Of a DNA stretch of 54,466 bases, positions 17,215 to 26,246 are shown piece by piece. Position 1 is the stretch's first letter. Each line of letters starts with the position of its first letter. The stretch comes from Candidatus Methylomirabilia bacterium (GTDB taxonomy: Bacteria > Methylomirabilota > Methylomirabilia > Rokubacteriales > CSP1-6): positions 1-54,466 of the forward strand of contig JBGQHJ010000014.1 in assembly GCA_041497895.1 (NCBI GenBank). Direction: 5' to 3'. Both the position numbers and the translations under genes were made by a program. The notes beneath the pieces were generated by a model that did no database searches, was not told the origin of the DNA, and worked only from the letters and a program-made list of their open reading frames with translations.

Positions 17215-18153
17215 ATGTCACGCGTGATCACGGTCGGCGCCGCACAGCTCGGCCCGATCGCCCGGAGCGAGAGCCGATCCGACGTCGTGAAGCGACTCGT
17301 GAGCCTGCTCGGGCAGGCCCACGCCCGCGCCTGCGACCTGGTCGTCTTCCCGGAGCTGGCGCTCACCACCTTCTTTCCGCGCTGGTGGATGGAGGACCAG
17401 AGCGAGATCGACGCCTTCTTCGAGCGCGCGCTGCCCGGGCCCGAGACCCGGCCGCTCTGGGACGAGGCGGCCCGACTGGGCCTGGCCTTCTGCATCGGCT
17501 ACGCCGAGCTCTGCCGGGAGGGCGACGTCGTGCGCCGCTACAACACCTCGATCCTAGTGGACCGCGGCGGGCACATCGTGGGCAAGTACCGCAAGGTCCA
17601 CCTGCCCGGCCACGCCGACCATCAAGCATGGCGGCCGTTCCAGCATCTCGAGAAGCGCTACTTCGACGTCGGCGACCTCGGCTTCCCGGTCTGGCGCACG
17701 CTGGGCGGCGTGCTCGGGATGTGCATCTGCAACGATCGCCGCTGGCCCGAGACGTATCGGGTCATGGGGCTGCAGGGCGTGGAGATGATCCTGCTCGGCT
17801 ACAACACGCCGGTGCACAATCCGCCCGCGCCCGAGCACGATCTGCTCGGGCCCTTCCACAACCACCTGGTGATGCAGGCGGGCGCGTACCAGAACGGCAC
17901 CTGGGTGGTGGGCGTGGCCAAGTGCGGCAAGGAGGAGGGCTGCGACATGATCGGCCAGAGCGCGATCATCGCGCCCTCGGGCGAGATCGTGGCCCTCGCC
18001 GCGACCCTCGGCGACGAGCTGATCACCGCGCGGTGTGATCTCGACCTCACGCGCTCGTTCAAGGAGACGATCTTCAACTTCGCGCTTCACCGGCGTCCGG
18101 AGCACTACCGGCTCATCGTCGAGCGCGCCGGCGCGGAGCCGCCGCCCGCCTGA
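17215..18153 (+). CDS. N-carbamoyl-D-amino-acid hydrolase (nitrilase superfamily)
   Basis: FPELALTTFFPRW, YRKVHLPGH, FQHLEKRYF, ICNDRRWPE (E-K-C triad), GYNTP. Confidence 0.93.
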   Translation: MSRVITVGAAQLGPIARSESRSDVVKRLVSLLGQAHARACDLVVFPELALTTFFPRWWMEDQSEIDAFFERALPGPETRPLWDEAARLGLAFCIGYAELCREGDVVRRYNTSILVDRGGHIVGKYRKVHLPGHADHQAWRPFQHLEKRYFDVGDLGFPVWRTLGGVLGMCICNDRRWPETYRVMGLQGVEMILLGYNTPVHNPPAPEHDLLGPFHNHLVMQAGAYQNGTWVVGVAKCGKEEGCDMIGQSAIIAPSGEIVALAATLGDELITARCDLDLTRSFKETIFNFALHRRPEHYRLIVERAGAEPPPA

Positions 18154-18614
18154 TGGACGGCGATCTCTATTTCGAGGACTTCACGCCCAGGCGGGAGTTC
18201 CGGACCGACGGCGCGACGATCACCGAGAGCCAGATCCTCGACTTCGCGCTCGCGTTCGATCCGCAGCCGTTCCACCTGGACGTGGAGGCGGCCAAGGAGA
18301 CCATCTTCGGGGGCCTCATCGCGAGCGGGTTCCACACCATGGCCCTGACCTTCCGGCTCTTCGCGCAGACCCGCGCGCTCGCCGCGTGCAGCCTTGGCTC
18401 TCCCGGGGTGGACGAGCTGCGCTGGCTGCGCCCGGTGCGGCCCGGCGACACGCTCCGGGCCACGGTGACCGTCCTCGAGCAGCGCCCGTCCACGTCGAAG
18501 CCCGACCGCGGCATCGTGCGCCTGCACTGGACAGCGCTGAACCAGCGCGGCGAGCCGGTCCTGACCATGGCGACCATGCAGCTCGTCAGGCGCCGTCCAC
18601 CCGCCGGACGCTAG
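18153..18614 (+). CDS. MaoC family dehydratase
   Basis: YFEDF, FA..FDPQPFHLD, FGGLIASGFHT, LRWLRPVRPGDTL; 1-nt overlap with the upstream stop. Confidence 0.92.
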   Translation: MDGDLYFEDFTPRREFRTDGATITESQILDFALAFDPQPFHLDVEAAKETIFGGLIASGFHTMALTFRLFAQTRALAACSLGSPGVDELRWLRPVRPGDTLRATVTVLEQRPSTSKPDRGIVRLHWTALNQRGEPVLTMATMQLVRRRPPAGR

Positions 18615-18615
18615 G

Positions 18616-19338
18616 TCAGTCGGCGCGGACCAGCACCGCCGAGGCGAGCGCGTGCAGCTCGCCGCTCTCGGAGAAGATCGCGGAGGCGCCCAGCAGGGTG
18701 TGGCCCTCCGCCGCGAACGGCCAGCCCATCACGATCCACCGCGCGCCCACCGGCAGCGGCCGGATGAGGCTCGCGGTGAGCTGGCTCAGCGCGAGCTTGC
18801 GTCGCCCGAACGCCTCGAGCAGCGCGAAGCCGATCGGGCAATCGAGCGCGGCCCAGACGAACTCGGGGCGGACCAGCCCGTGCTTGTCGAAGAGCGTGGG
18901 ATCGGGCGCCCACGGCGCGGCAACCAGGCGCCGGCCGGGGATCGGGCCCGGATAGATCGCGAGCCCGTCGCCCCACTCCCGGGCGGGGCCACAGACGAAG
19001 CAACCGGGAGTGGCGTGCTCGGTGAACCCGAGGTAGCGCTCCGCGGCCCACTCGGCGTCGGCGTACGTCACCGGCGCCGGCGGTTCGAGCTGCAGCGTGG
19101 CCGCGCTCGCGTGGGCGAGGGCCACGGCCCCGTCGGTGAGGGCCAGGCCGCCATCGCCGAGCCGCTCGATCGCGAGCCCGCGGTTCACCGGGACGGGCTG
19201 CTCGAGGCTCACGCGCGCCGGTCCCTCCATCAGCCGACCCAGTAGGCCCGCGATGTAGCCACCGCTGGCGGTGTTCGGGGAGCCGCAGAACCGGCCCTTC
19301 ACGGTGACGGCCGAACCCTCGACGGTGTCGGTGACCAT
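18616..19338 (-). CDS. double hot-dog fold hypothetical protein (thioesterase-like)
   Basis: RFCGSPNTASGGYIAG, CFVCGP.R..GDGL.I.PG, VWAALDCP; GAGGAGG SD. Confidence 0.75.
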   Translation of the reverse strand: MVTDTVEGSAVTVKGRFCGSPNTASGGYIAGLLGRLMEGPARVSLEQPVPVNRGLAIERLGDGGLALTDGAVALAHASAATLQLEPPAPVTYADAEWAAERYLGFTEHATPGCFVCGPAREWGDGLAIYPGPIPGRRLVAAPWAPDPTLFDKHGLVRPEFVWAALDCPIGFALLEAFGRRKLALSQLTASLIRPLPVGARWIVMGWPFAAEGHTLLGASAIFSESGELHALASAVLVRAD

Positions 19339-19366
19339 GGCGTCCTCCTCTGGGCGCGCCTTGATC

Positions 19367-19381
19367 GCAAGCGCGGTGCCA
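19367..19381 (-). promoter_or_regulatory. sigma54 (-24/-12) promoter
   Basis: Minus-strand TGGCAC-CGCGC-TTGC, a consensus match 28 nt upstream of ATG 19338. Confidence 0.8.
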
Positions 19382-19398
19382 TGAACAACTGCTCTGTA

Positions 19399-19411
19399 AA
19401 TCAGATACTTG
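19399..19411 (+). promoter_or_regulatory. putative IHF site
   Basis: AATCAGATACTTG matches WATCARNNNNTTR; just upstream of the sigma54 motif. Confidence 0.5.
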
Positions 19412-19505
19412 CCGGGCGGGCTCGGGCGGTTCGCCCTGGTGGGTGGGCGAAAATCCGCCGGTCAATCCTGATCAATAACCGGTCCGATCCGTGGGACCAT
19501 GAGAC

Positions 19506-20867
19506 GTGCGCTATCACTTCTCGGGCATCGCGGGAGCCGGGATGAACCCGCTGGCCCAGCTCATGCGGGCCCGGGGGCATACCGTCCAGGGGTCCGACCG
19601 CTCCTTCGACCAGGGCAAGAACCGGGACGTGGCCGCCCGGCTCACCGCTCTCGGCATCGTGGTGAAACCGCAGGATGGCTCCGCGGTGACCCCGGATCTC
19701 GACCGCTTCGTGTACTCGACCGCGGTGGAGGCGGAGACCCCCGAGGTGCGCGCGGCGCGGGCGCACGGGATCGAGCGCGTCCCGCGCCCCGCCCTGCTGG
19801 CCGAGGTGGTCGACGCGGGGCGCCCCGGCGTGGCCATCTCGGGCACGAGCGGCAAGAGCACGATCACCGGCATGGTCGGCTGGCTCGCGCGGGAGGCGGG
19901 CCTGCCCGCGACGGTGCTGGGCGGTGCCGCGCTCGCCGGCGAAGGCGGAACCGGCTGCTTCCTGCCCGGCACGGCCGACGGACCGGTGGCCGCCGAGGCC
20001 TGCGAGTCCGACGGCACGCTCACGGGCTATCACGCCGCGCTCGGGCTCATCCACAACATCAGCCGCGATCACGGCGAGGTCGAGACGCTCCTGCCCCAGT
20101 TCGAGACCTTCGCCAAGCGCTGCGGACGGCTGCTCGTCAACGCGGCCTCTCCGGAAGCGGCCGAGGTGGGGCGCGCGGTGGGCGCGCGCACCTACGGCGT
20201 CGGCCCCGGCGCCGACGCGCGGCTCGAGATCACGAGCGTCGGGCCGCATCGCTCCTCCGGCGTGCTCCATCTCGCCGGCGGCCCGCTCGCGCTGGACGTG
20301 CCCCAGCCCGGCCGGCACAACCTGGAGAACGGGGCCGCCGCCGCGCTGATCGCGCTCGAGCTCGGCCTCGCCCCCGCGACGGTGGTCGCGCTGCTCGCGC
20401 GCTTCCCGGGCGTGGCCCGCCGCTTCGAGGTGATCGCGGTCACCGCGGGAGGCATCCGCGTGGTGGACGACTACGCCCACAACGGCGAGAAGCTCCGCGC
20501 CACCATCACCACCGCGCAGGCCGGGGCCGACCGGGTCTTGGCCGTCTTCCAGCCGCACGGCTTCGGACCGGCCCGCTTCCTGCGGCCGGAGCTACGCGAG
20601 ATGATGCCGCGGCTGCTGCGGCCCCAGGACCGGCTGTGCTACGCGGAGATCTTCTACGCGGGCGGCACCGTCGCCCGCGACGTCTCGAGCCGCATGCTCG
20701 CGGAGGATCTTCCCGCCGCGCTCGAGTGCGGCTACGCGCCCGACCATCGCGCGGTCGTCGACTGGCTGCGCGGCCAGGCCCGCCCCGGCGACACCGTGCT
20801 GATCATGGGCGCACGCGATCCCGAGCTGCCGGCCCTGGCCCGGGCCGCGGCCGCCGCGCTGCCCTAG
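19506..20867 (+). CDS. Mur ligase, MurC/Mpl family paralog
   Basis: HFSGIAGAGM, GSD, P-loop GTSGKST, EACESD, RRFE, DDYAHN, FQPH. Confidence 0.88.
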   Translation: MRYHFSGIAGAGMNPLAQLMRARGHTVQGSDRSFDQGKNRDVAARLTALGIVVKPQDGSAVTPDLDRFVYSTAVEAETPEVRAARAHGIERVPRPALLAEVVDAGRPGVAISGTSGKSTITGMVGWLAREAGLPATVLGGAALAGEGGTGCFLPGTADGPVAAEACESDGTLTGYHAALGLIHNISRDHGEVETLLPQFETFAKRCGRLLVNAASPEAAEVGRAVGARTYGVGPGADARLEITSVGPHRSSGVLHLAGGPLALDVPQPGRHNLENGAAAALIALELGLAPATVVALLARFPGVARRFEVIAVTAGGIRVVDDYAHNGEKLRATITTAQAGADRVLAVFQPHGFGPARFLRPELREMMPRLLRPQDRLCYAEIFYAGGTVARDVSSRMLAEDLPAALECGYAPDHRAVVDWLRGQARPGDTVLIMGARDPELPALARAAAAALP

Positions 20868-20921
20868 GCCCCCTTCCGCGCTCCGCCCCTCCCGTCCGGC
20901 TTTCGCCCGCCTGCTGCATCT

Positions 20922-20937
20922 ATTAGGGTACCCTAAT
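20922..20937. promoter_or_regulatory. perfect 16-bp palindromic operator upstream of ahpC
   Basis: ATTAGGGTACCCTAAT; GTACCCTAA recurs at 20960-20968. Confidence 0.65.
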
Positions 20938-20994
20938 CATCTGAAGTTGGGAAGTCGAAGTACCCTAAACCCGATCCCACAAGGAGACGTCGAT

Positions 20995-21534
20995 ATGCTG
21001 ACCGTTGGAGACCGCTTGCCCCAGTTCGACCTGCAGGCCGCCGTCAGCCTCGAGAAGGGCCGCGAATTCACCCAGATCACCGACCGGAGCTACCCGGGCC
21101 AGTGGCTGGTCCTCTTCTCCTGGCCGATGGACTTCACCTTCGTCTGCCCGACCGAGATCGCCGAGTTCGGCAAACGGAACGGAGACTTCCGGGACCGTGA
21201 CGCCCAGGTGCTCGGCATGAGCACCGACACCCACTTCGTGCACCTGGCCTGGCGGCGCGACCACCCGGATCTGGCCAGCCTGCCGTTCCCGATGCTGGCC
21301 GACACGAAGCGGGAGCTCTCGACCGCGCTCGGCATCCTGCACCGGGGCGAGGGCGTGCCGCTCCGGGCCACCTTCATCGTCGATCCCCAGGGCGTGATCC
21401 GCTGGGCCAGCGTCAACGATCTCTCGGTGGGCCGCAACGTCGACGAGGTGCTGCGGGTGCTGGACGCGCTGCAGACCGGTGAGCTGTGCCCGTGCAACTG
21501 GAAGGTGGGCGAGCCCACGCTGCAGGTGGCCTGA
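20995..21534 (+). CDS. ahpC: alkyl hydroperoxide reductase C (mycobacterial-type three-Cys peroxiredoxin)
   Basis: DFTFVCPTEI, GRNVDEVLR.LDALQ, GELCPCNW; AAGGAG SD. Confidence 0.96.
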   Translation: MLTVGDRLPQFDLQAAVSLEKGREFTQITDRSYPGQWLVLFSWPMDFTFVCPTEIAEFGKRNGDFRDRDAQVLGMSTDTHFVHLAWRRDHPDLASLPFPMLADTKRELSTALGILHRGEGVPLRATFIVDPQGVIRWASVNDLSVGRNVDEVLRVLDALQTGELCPCNWKVGEPTLQVA

Positions 21535-21535
21535 C

Positions 21536-22108
21536 GTGGACGCGCTGGAGTGGCTGCGAGCGGCCATCCCCGACGCGGCGCGGGACATTCGCCTGAACCT
21601 GCAGACGGTCCTGCGGGGCGGGGCGCTCTCGGACGCGCAGCGCTGGGGCGTGGCGGCGGCCGCCGCGATCGCCGCCCGCCACGGCGGCCTGCGCGACGCG
21701 GTGCTGGACGCGGCGGCGGCGGTCGCGGGCCCCGCGGTGGTGGAGGACGCCAAGGCCGCCGCCGCGCTCATGGCGATGAACAACGTGTACTACCGTTTCC
21801 ACCACATGGTGGGCAGGCCGGTCTACGGCGAGAAGCCGGCCGGGCTCCGGATGAACCGGCTGATGCAGCCGGCCACCAACCGGACGGACTTCGAGCTGAT
21901 GGCGCTCGCGGTGAGCGCGATCAACGGCTGCGAGACGTGCGTGCGCGCCCATGAGAAAGCGGTCACCGAGGGCGGGCTCACTCCCGATCAGGTGAACGAC
22001 GCGGTGCGGATCGCCGCGACGATCTACGCGGCGGCGGTGGCACTCGAGGCGGGGGAATCCGGCGAGACCGGGCCGTCCACGATCGAGGTATCGGCCCAGA
22101 GTGCGTAG
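21536..22108 (+). CDS. ahpD: alkyl hydroperoxide reductase AhpD
   Basis: IPD.ARDIRLNL, MAMNNVYYR, LRMN, AVSAINGCETCV.AH; directly after ahpC. Confidence 0.95.
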   Translation: MDALEWLRAAIPDAARDIRLNLQTVLRGGALSDAQRWGVAAAAAIAARHGGLRDAVLDAAAAVAGPAVVEDAKAAAALMAMNNVYYRFHHMVGRPVYGEKPAGLRMNRLMQPATNRTDFELMALAVSAINGCETCVRAHEKAVTEGGLTPDQVNDAVRIAATIYAAAVALEAGESGETGPSTIEVSAQSA

Positions 22109-22142
22109 CCGCGGGTCAGGACCGTCGCGCCCGCCCGGGTGG

Positions 22143-24155
22143 TCAGCGGATCGGGCGTGACGGCTCCGATTCCTGCACGAGGCGCAGCGTCCGCTCCGCC
22201 TCTTCCAGAGCGCGGCGCGCCTGGGTGAGGGCCAGGATCGGAAAGTAATTCCGGTAGAGCGTGTAGCGCAGGTAGAACACGTTGGGGAAGCCGGTGCCGG
22301 TGGCGAGCGATTCGTCCCAGGTGCCGTCGGGCTTCTGGGTGTCGACCAGGTGTCGCACCCCGCGGGCCAGCACCTCGGTGTCGCCCTGCCCGGCCGCGAC
22401 CAGGCCGAGGAGGGCCCACGCGGTCTGCGACGGCGTGCTCGGCGCGGGCACGAAGTGCCCCTCGTTGTAGCTGGCGCAGCTCTCGCCCCACCCACCGTCC
22501 TCGTTCTGCACCGAGGCGATCCACTTCCCGGCCTTCCACATCGCCTTGGAGGCGCTCGGGTCCTGGGCGGCCCGCAGACCGCGCAGGGCGAGGAAGGTCC
22601 CGTACAGGTAGTTGACGCCCCAGCGCCCGTACCAGCTGCCGTCGCGCTCCTGCGTCTCGAGCAGGAATCCCACGCCCCGCTCGATCGGCGCGTCCGAGAG
22701 CTTGAAGCCCCGCCGGCAGAGTGCCTCGAGCACGCGTCCGGTGATGTCCGGGCACGAGGGATCGAGCATCGCGTTGTGGTCGGCGAAGGGCACCCGGTTG
22801 AGGAAGGCCCAGTTGTTGTCGGCGTCGAAGGCGGCCCAGCCGCCGTCGCTCGACTGCATGCCCACCAGCCAGGCGATCGCCCGCCGCTCGCAGCGCTCCT
22901 GGGCCGCCGCGTCGGAGGCGGTCGCGTGCTGGAGCGCGAGGAGCACCATCGCGGTGTCGTCGATGTCGGGGTAGTGCTCGTTGGCGAACTCGAAGGCCCA
23001 GCCGGACGGCTCGAGGTCCGGCCGCTTCACCGACCAGTCCCCGCGCCGGCGGATCTCCCGCGCGATGAACCAGTCGGCGGCCCGGCGCATCGGCCCGGGG
23101 GCCACCGCGCCCATCTCACCGAGCGCGAACATCGCGATCGCCGTGTCCCACACCGGCGAGACGCAGGGCTGGAAGTAGAAGACGTCGGGGGTCTCGGTCA
23201 GCAGGCCCTCGAACTGCCGGATGCCCTCGATGAGATCGGGGTGATCGCGCGGATACCCGAGCGCGTCGAGGGCCATGACGAGGTACATCATCGAGGGGAA
23301 GATCGCCCCGAGGCCGTCGCTGTTGCGGGTGTGGTCGAGGACCCACTTCTCGGCCTCGCGGATGGCCGGCTTGCGGATCATCTCGGGCCCGCGGCTCTCC
23401 CACACCTTGAGGGCCACGTCGAGCTGGCGGAACAGCGCGGACAGGCGGTCGCGCTTCGGCAGCTTGAAGGTCTTGCCGGGCACGATCAGCTCGTCCAGGG
23501 TGAATCCGGCCGGAACCGGCCGCGTGTCCGTCTTGGCCTGGATGATCGACAGCGGCATCACGATCGCGCGCGTCCACGACGACATCTCGTAGATCAGGCC
23601 GCCCGGCACCAGGGCCAGCTCCACCGGGATGGTGGGCACGTGCCGTTTCGGGTACAGGCCGAAGAGGCTCAGGTTGATGCGGACGTAGCTGTTCGCTTCC
23701 TGGATGCCGCCCAGCCCGAGGATCGTGTCGCGCGCCCGCCGCAGCGGCTCGCTCGCGGGATCGAGCCCCGAGAGCTTCAGGGCCACGTAGGCCTTGATCG
23801 TCGCGTTGACGTCGGCGGGACCGTCCGGGTAGATATCGAAGCCGCCGTCGCGCCGCTGACGGTCGAGGATGGCTCGACGCGCCCGGAGGATCCGCTCCCA
23901 CGTGGGCGGCTTCCACTCTCCGTCCCGCGGCGGGTGGAGCCCGAGCTGCAGCAAGACGTAGTCGGACTCCAGGGTGGAGTCGGCGAGCAGGTCGCCCACC
24001 CAGTAGCCCTCGGGCTTCTGGCGCGCGAGCAAGGCGGGCGCCGCGCGCGCGCACGCCGCGGCGGCGGCCTCGGCGAGGACGACGCGGCTCTCGCTGGCCG
24101 TCTCCGACTGATAGGTTGTGCGCGCCGGGAGGGGCTCGAACCATGACGCCGGCAT
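22143..24155 (-). CDS. shc: squalene-hopene cyclase
   Basis: DIDDTA (DxDD), QW repeats (QSSDGGW, QERDGSW, QNEDGGW, QKPDGTW), SPVWDT, GTGFP.VFYL.Y. Start at ATG 24155. Confidence 0.96.
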   Translation of the reverse strand: MPASWFEPLPARTTYQSETASESRVVLAEAAAAACARAAPALLARQKPEGYWVGDLLADSTLESDYVLLQLGLHPPRDGEWKPPTWERILRARRAILDRQRRDGGFDIYPDGPADVNATIKAYVALKLSGLDPASEPLRRARDTILGLGGIQEANSYVRINLSLFGLYPKRHVPTIPVELALVPGGLIYEMSSWTRAIVMPLSIIQAKTDTRPVPAGFTLDELIVPGKTFKLPKRDRLSALFRQLDVALKVWESRGPEMIRKPAIREAEKWVLDHTRNSDGLGAIFPSMMYLVMALDALGYPRDHPDLIEGIRQFEGLLTETPDVFYFQPCVSPVWDTAIAMFALGEMGAVAPGPMRRAADWFIAREIRRRGDWSVKRPDLEPSGWAFEFANEHYPDIDDTAMVLLALQHATASDAAAQERCERRAIAWLVGMQSSDGGWAAFDADNNWAFLNRVPFADHNAMLDPSCPDITGRVLEALCRRGFKLSDAPIERGVGFLLETQERDGSWYGRWGVNYLYGTFLALRGLRAAQDPSASKAMWKAGKWIASVQNEDGGWGESCASYNEGHFVPAPSTPSQTAWALLGLVAAGQGDTEVLARGVRHLVDTQKPDGTWDESLATGTGFPNVFYLRYTLYRNYFPILALTQARRALEEAERTLRLVQESEPSRPIR

Positions 24156-24193
24156 GACAGCCAGTCTACACGAAGGGGGCCCGAACCGCCCCT

Positions 24194-24997
24194 CTAGGGC
24201 TCGTCCCCCATGCGGGTCATCGGCGAGGTGATGGTGAGCCCGCCGTCGATCACGATGCACTGGCCGGTGACGAACGAGGCCCCGTCGGAGACCAGGTAGC
24301 CCACCAGGGCCGCCACGTCCTCCGGGGTGCCGTGGCGGCGCACCGGCGTCGCGGCCCGCAGCCGCTCGGTGGCCCGGCCGTAGTCGAGGCCGAGCCCCTC
24401 GGTCACGTAATAGGTGGAGGAATCGGTGCGGATGAAGCCCGGCGTGACCGCGTTCACCGTGATGCCGAGCGGGCCCAGCTCGAACGCGAGCCCGCGCACG
24501 AGCCCCTCGGCCGCCGCCTTCGCCGCGCCGAGCACGCTGTGGCCACCCATGGCCTGGAAGCTGTCGATCCCCGAGACCAGCACGATGCGACCGGGCCGGC
24601 CCGCCATGAGCGGCACCACCGCCTGGGTCATCGCGACGAACGCGTCCACCGTGATCGCGAAGGTGCGCCGCACGTTGTGGGCCTTCTGCTCGAGCACCGG
24701 GCGGAAGGCGGCGGCCGCCGCGTTCGCCACCAGCACGTCCACCCGGCCGAAGGCATCCTTGATGCGCTCGAACACCGGGCCCACCTGCTCGGGCTCCGCG
24801 AGCTCGAGCCGCTCGGCGCGCGCGCGCCGGCCGGTGGCCTCGAGCGCGGCCACCGTCTGGGCGGCGGCCGCCTCGTCGCGACGGTACGTGATCGCGCAGT
24901 CGGCGCCCGCGCGGGCCAGGTGGAGCGCGATGCCGCGGCCGATGCCGCGCGAGCCCCCGGTGACGACCGCGACCCTCCCCGCCATCGGGCCGGTCAC
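24194..24997 (-). CDS. SDR oxidoreductase, FabL-like enoyl reductase type
   Basis: TGGSRGIG, VANAA, HSVLGAAKA, IVIDGG. Confidence 0.85.
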   Translation of the reverse strand: MTGPMAGRVAVVTGGSRGIGRGIALHLARAGADCAITYRRDEAAAAQTVAALEATGRRARAERLELAEPEQVGPVFERIKDAFGRVDVLVANAAAAAFRPVLEQKAHNVRRTFAITVDAFVAMTQAVVPLMAGRPGRIVLVSGIDSFQAMGGHSVLGAAKAAAEGLVRGLAFELGPLGITVNAVTPGFIRTDSSTYYVTEGLGLDYGRATERLRAATPVRRHGTPEDVAALVGYLVSDGASFVTGQCIVIDGGLTITSPMTRMGDEP

Positions 24998-26004
24998 GCC
25001 CCGCCCCGCGCGCCGAGCCGCCGGAGGATCGCCTCCGCCTCCTCCACGATCGACGCCATGACCAGGCCGGCCGGGCGCACGTCGTGCACCAGGCCGGCCG
25101 ACTGCCCGGCCGCCGCGCTCCCGTGCTCGACGTCACCCTCCTCGCGCGCCCGGATCGACGCGGGCTTGCCCACCCGCTCGTACTGGATCGGGAAGGGCTC
25201 GATCTCGGCCTGCCGGGTCTCCCACTCGCGGGTGAACGCGTTCCGGATCTGGCGATTGGGCTTGCCGGACACCGCGCGCGTCACCACCGTGCCTTCCTCG
25301 TCGATGGCGGTGATCTTGCGCTTGTAGTTGTCGTGCCCGTGCGCCTCCACCGTGGCGATGAAGCGCGTGCCCATCCACACCCCCGCGGCCCCGAGCGCGA
25401 GCGCGGCCACCAGCCCGCGCCCGTCGGCGAGCCCGCCCGCCGCCACCACGAGCCGCGGGGCCACCGCGTCCACCACCGCCGGCGTGAGCACCAGACCGCC
25501 CACGCGCCCGGTGTGCCCGCCGCCCTCGTGGCCCTGGGCGATGATCACGTCCACCCCGTTGGCCGCGTGGTCGCGCGCCTGCTTCACGTTGCCGCAGAGG
25601 GCCATCACGGTGATCCCGAGGCGGTGAGCCTCCGCGGTGAGCGGCCCGGGATTGCCGAGCCCCGCGATCAGCACCGGCACGCGCTCCTCGAGCGCCACGT
25701 CGCACCAGCCGCGGACCGCGTCGGTGAACGCCTCCGTCTCCCGGCCGCTCGTCCGCACGGTCGCGAAAAGGATGTCCACCCCGAAGGGCCGGTCGGTCAG
25801 CTCGCGCACCCGGCGGATCTCCTCGCGCAGGAGGGCGGGGCTGCCGTGCGCCGCCGCGATGACCCCGAGCCCGCCCGCCGCCGACACCGCCGCCGCGAGG
25901 GAGGCGCGGGCCACGAATGCCATGCCGGCCTGGCAGATCGGGTAACGGATCCCGAGGCGGTCGCAGAGCGCGGTGTGCAGCGGAGAGCGCGTCGCCGTGA
26001 TCAT
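24994..26004 (-). CDS. nitronate monooxygenase/FabK-like flavoprotein
   Basis: PICQAGM, AVSAAGGLG, QGHEGGGHTG, AAGGLADGRG, GVWMGTRF, AGQSAGL. Confidence 0.9.
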   Translation of the reverse strand: MITATRSPLHTALCDRLGIRYPICQAGMAFVARASLAAAVSAAGGLGVIAAAHGSPALLREEIRRVRELTDRPFGVDILFATVRTSGRETEAFTDAVRGWCDVALEERVPVLIAGLGNPGPLTAEAHRLGITVMALCGNVKQARDHAANGVDVIIAQGHEGGGHTGRVGGLVLTPAVVDAVAPRLVVAAGGLADGRGLVAALALGAAGVWMGTRFIATVEAHGHDNYKRKITAIDEEGTVVTRAVSGKPNRQIRNAFTREWETRQAEIEPFPIQYERVGKPASIRAREEGDVEHGSAAAGQSAGLVHDVRPAGLVMASIVEEAEAILRRLGARGGA

Positions 26005-26048
26005 GCCCCACCTCGAGGACGCGGTCGGCCGAGCGCCCGGAAGAAGAG

Positions 26049-26135
26049 TGGTGCCGGAGGCGGGACTCGAACCCGCAGGCCCTTGCGGACACCGCATTTT
26101 GAGTGCGGCGCGTATGCCAGTTTCGCCACTCCGGC
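26049..26135 (-). tRNA. tRNA-Leu (CAA)
   Basis: GCCGGAG...CCGCA-CT-CAA-AA-TGCGG, long variable arm, GGTTCGAGTCC, CTCCGGC-A-CCA. Confidence 0.97.
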
Positions 26136-26246
26136 CCGTTGCCCCACTGCAGCCGGTGCCTATGATACGACAACCCTCGCCGGTATACTCTGGAGCGCTC
26201 GCGGTAGGCGTCCCCCAACCCGAATTCCATCCAACGGAGGTGCTCC

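Noticed and set aside
22143..25136. 997-aa ORF suggesting an N-terminally fused squalene-hopene cyclase
   Set aside because: The extension is an off-frame read through the SDR gene. SHC homology and a -10 box place the start at 24155.
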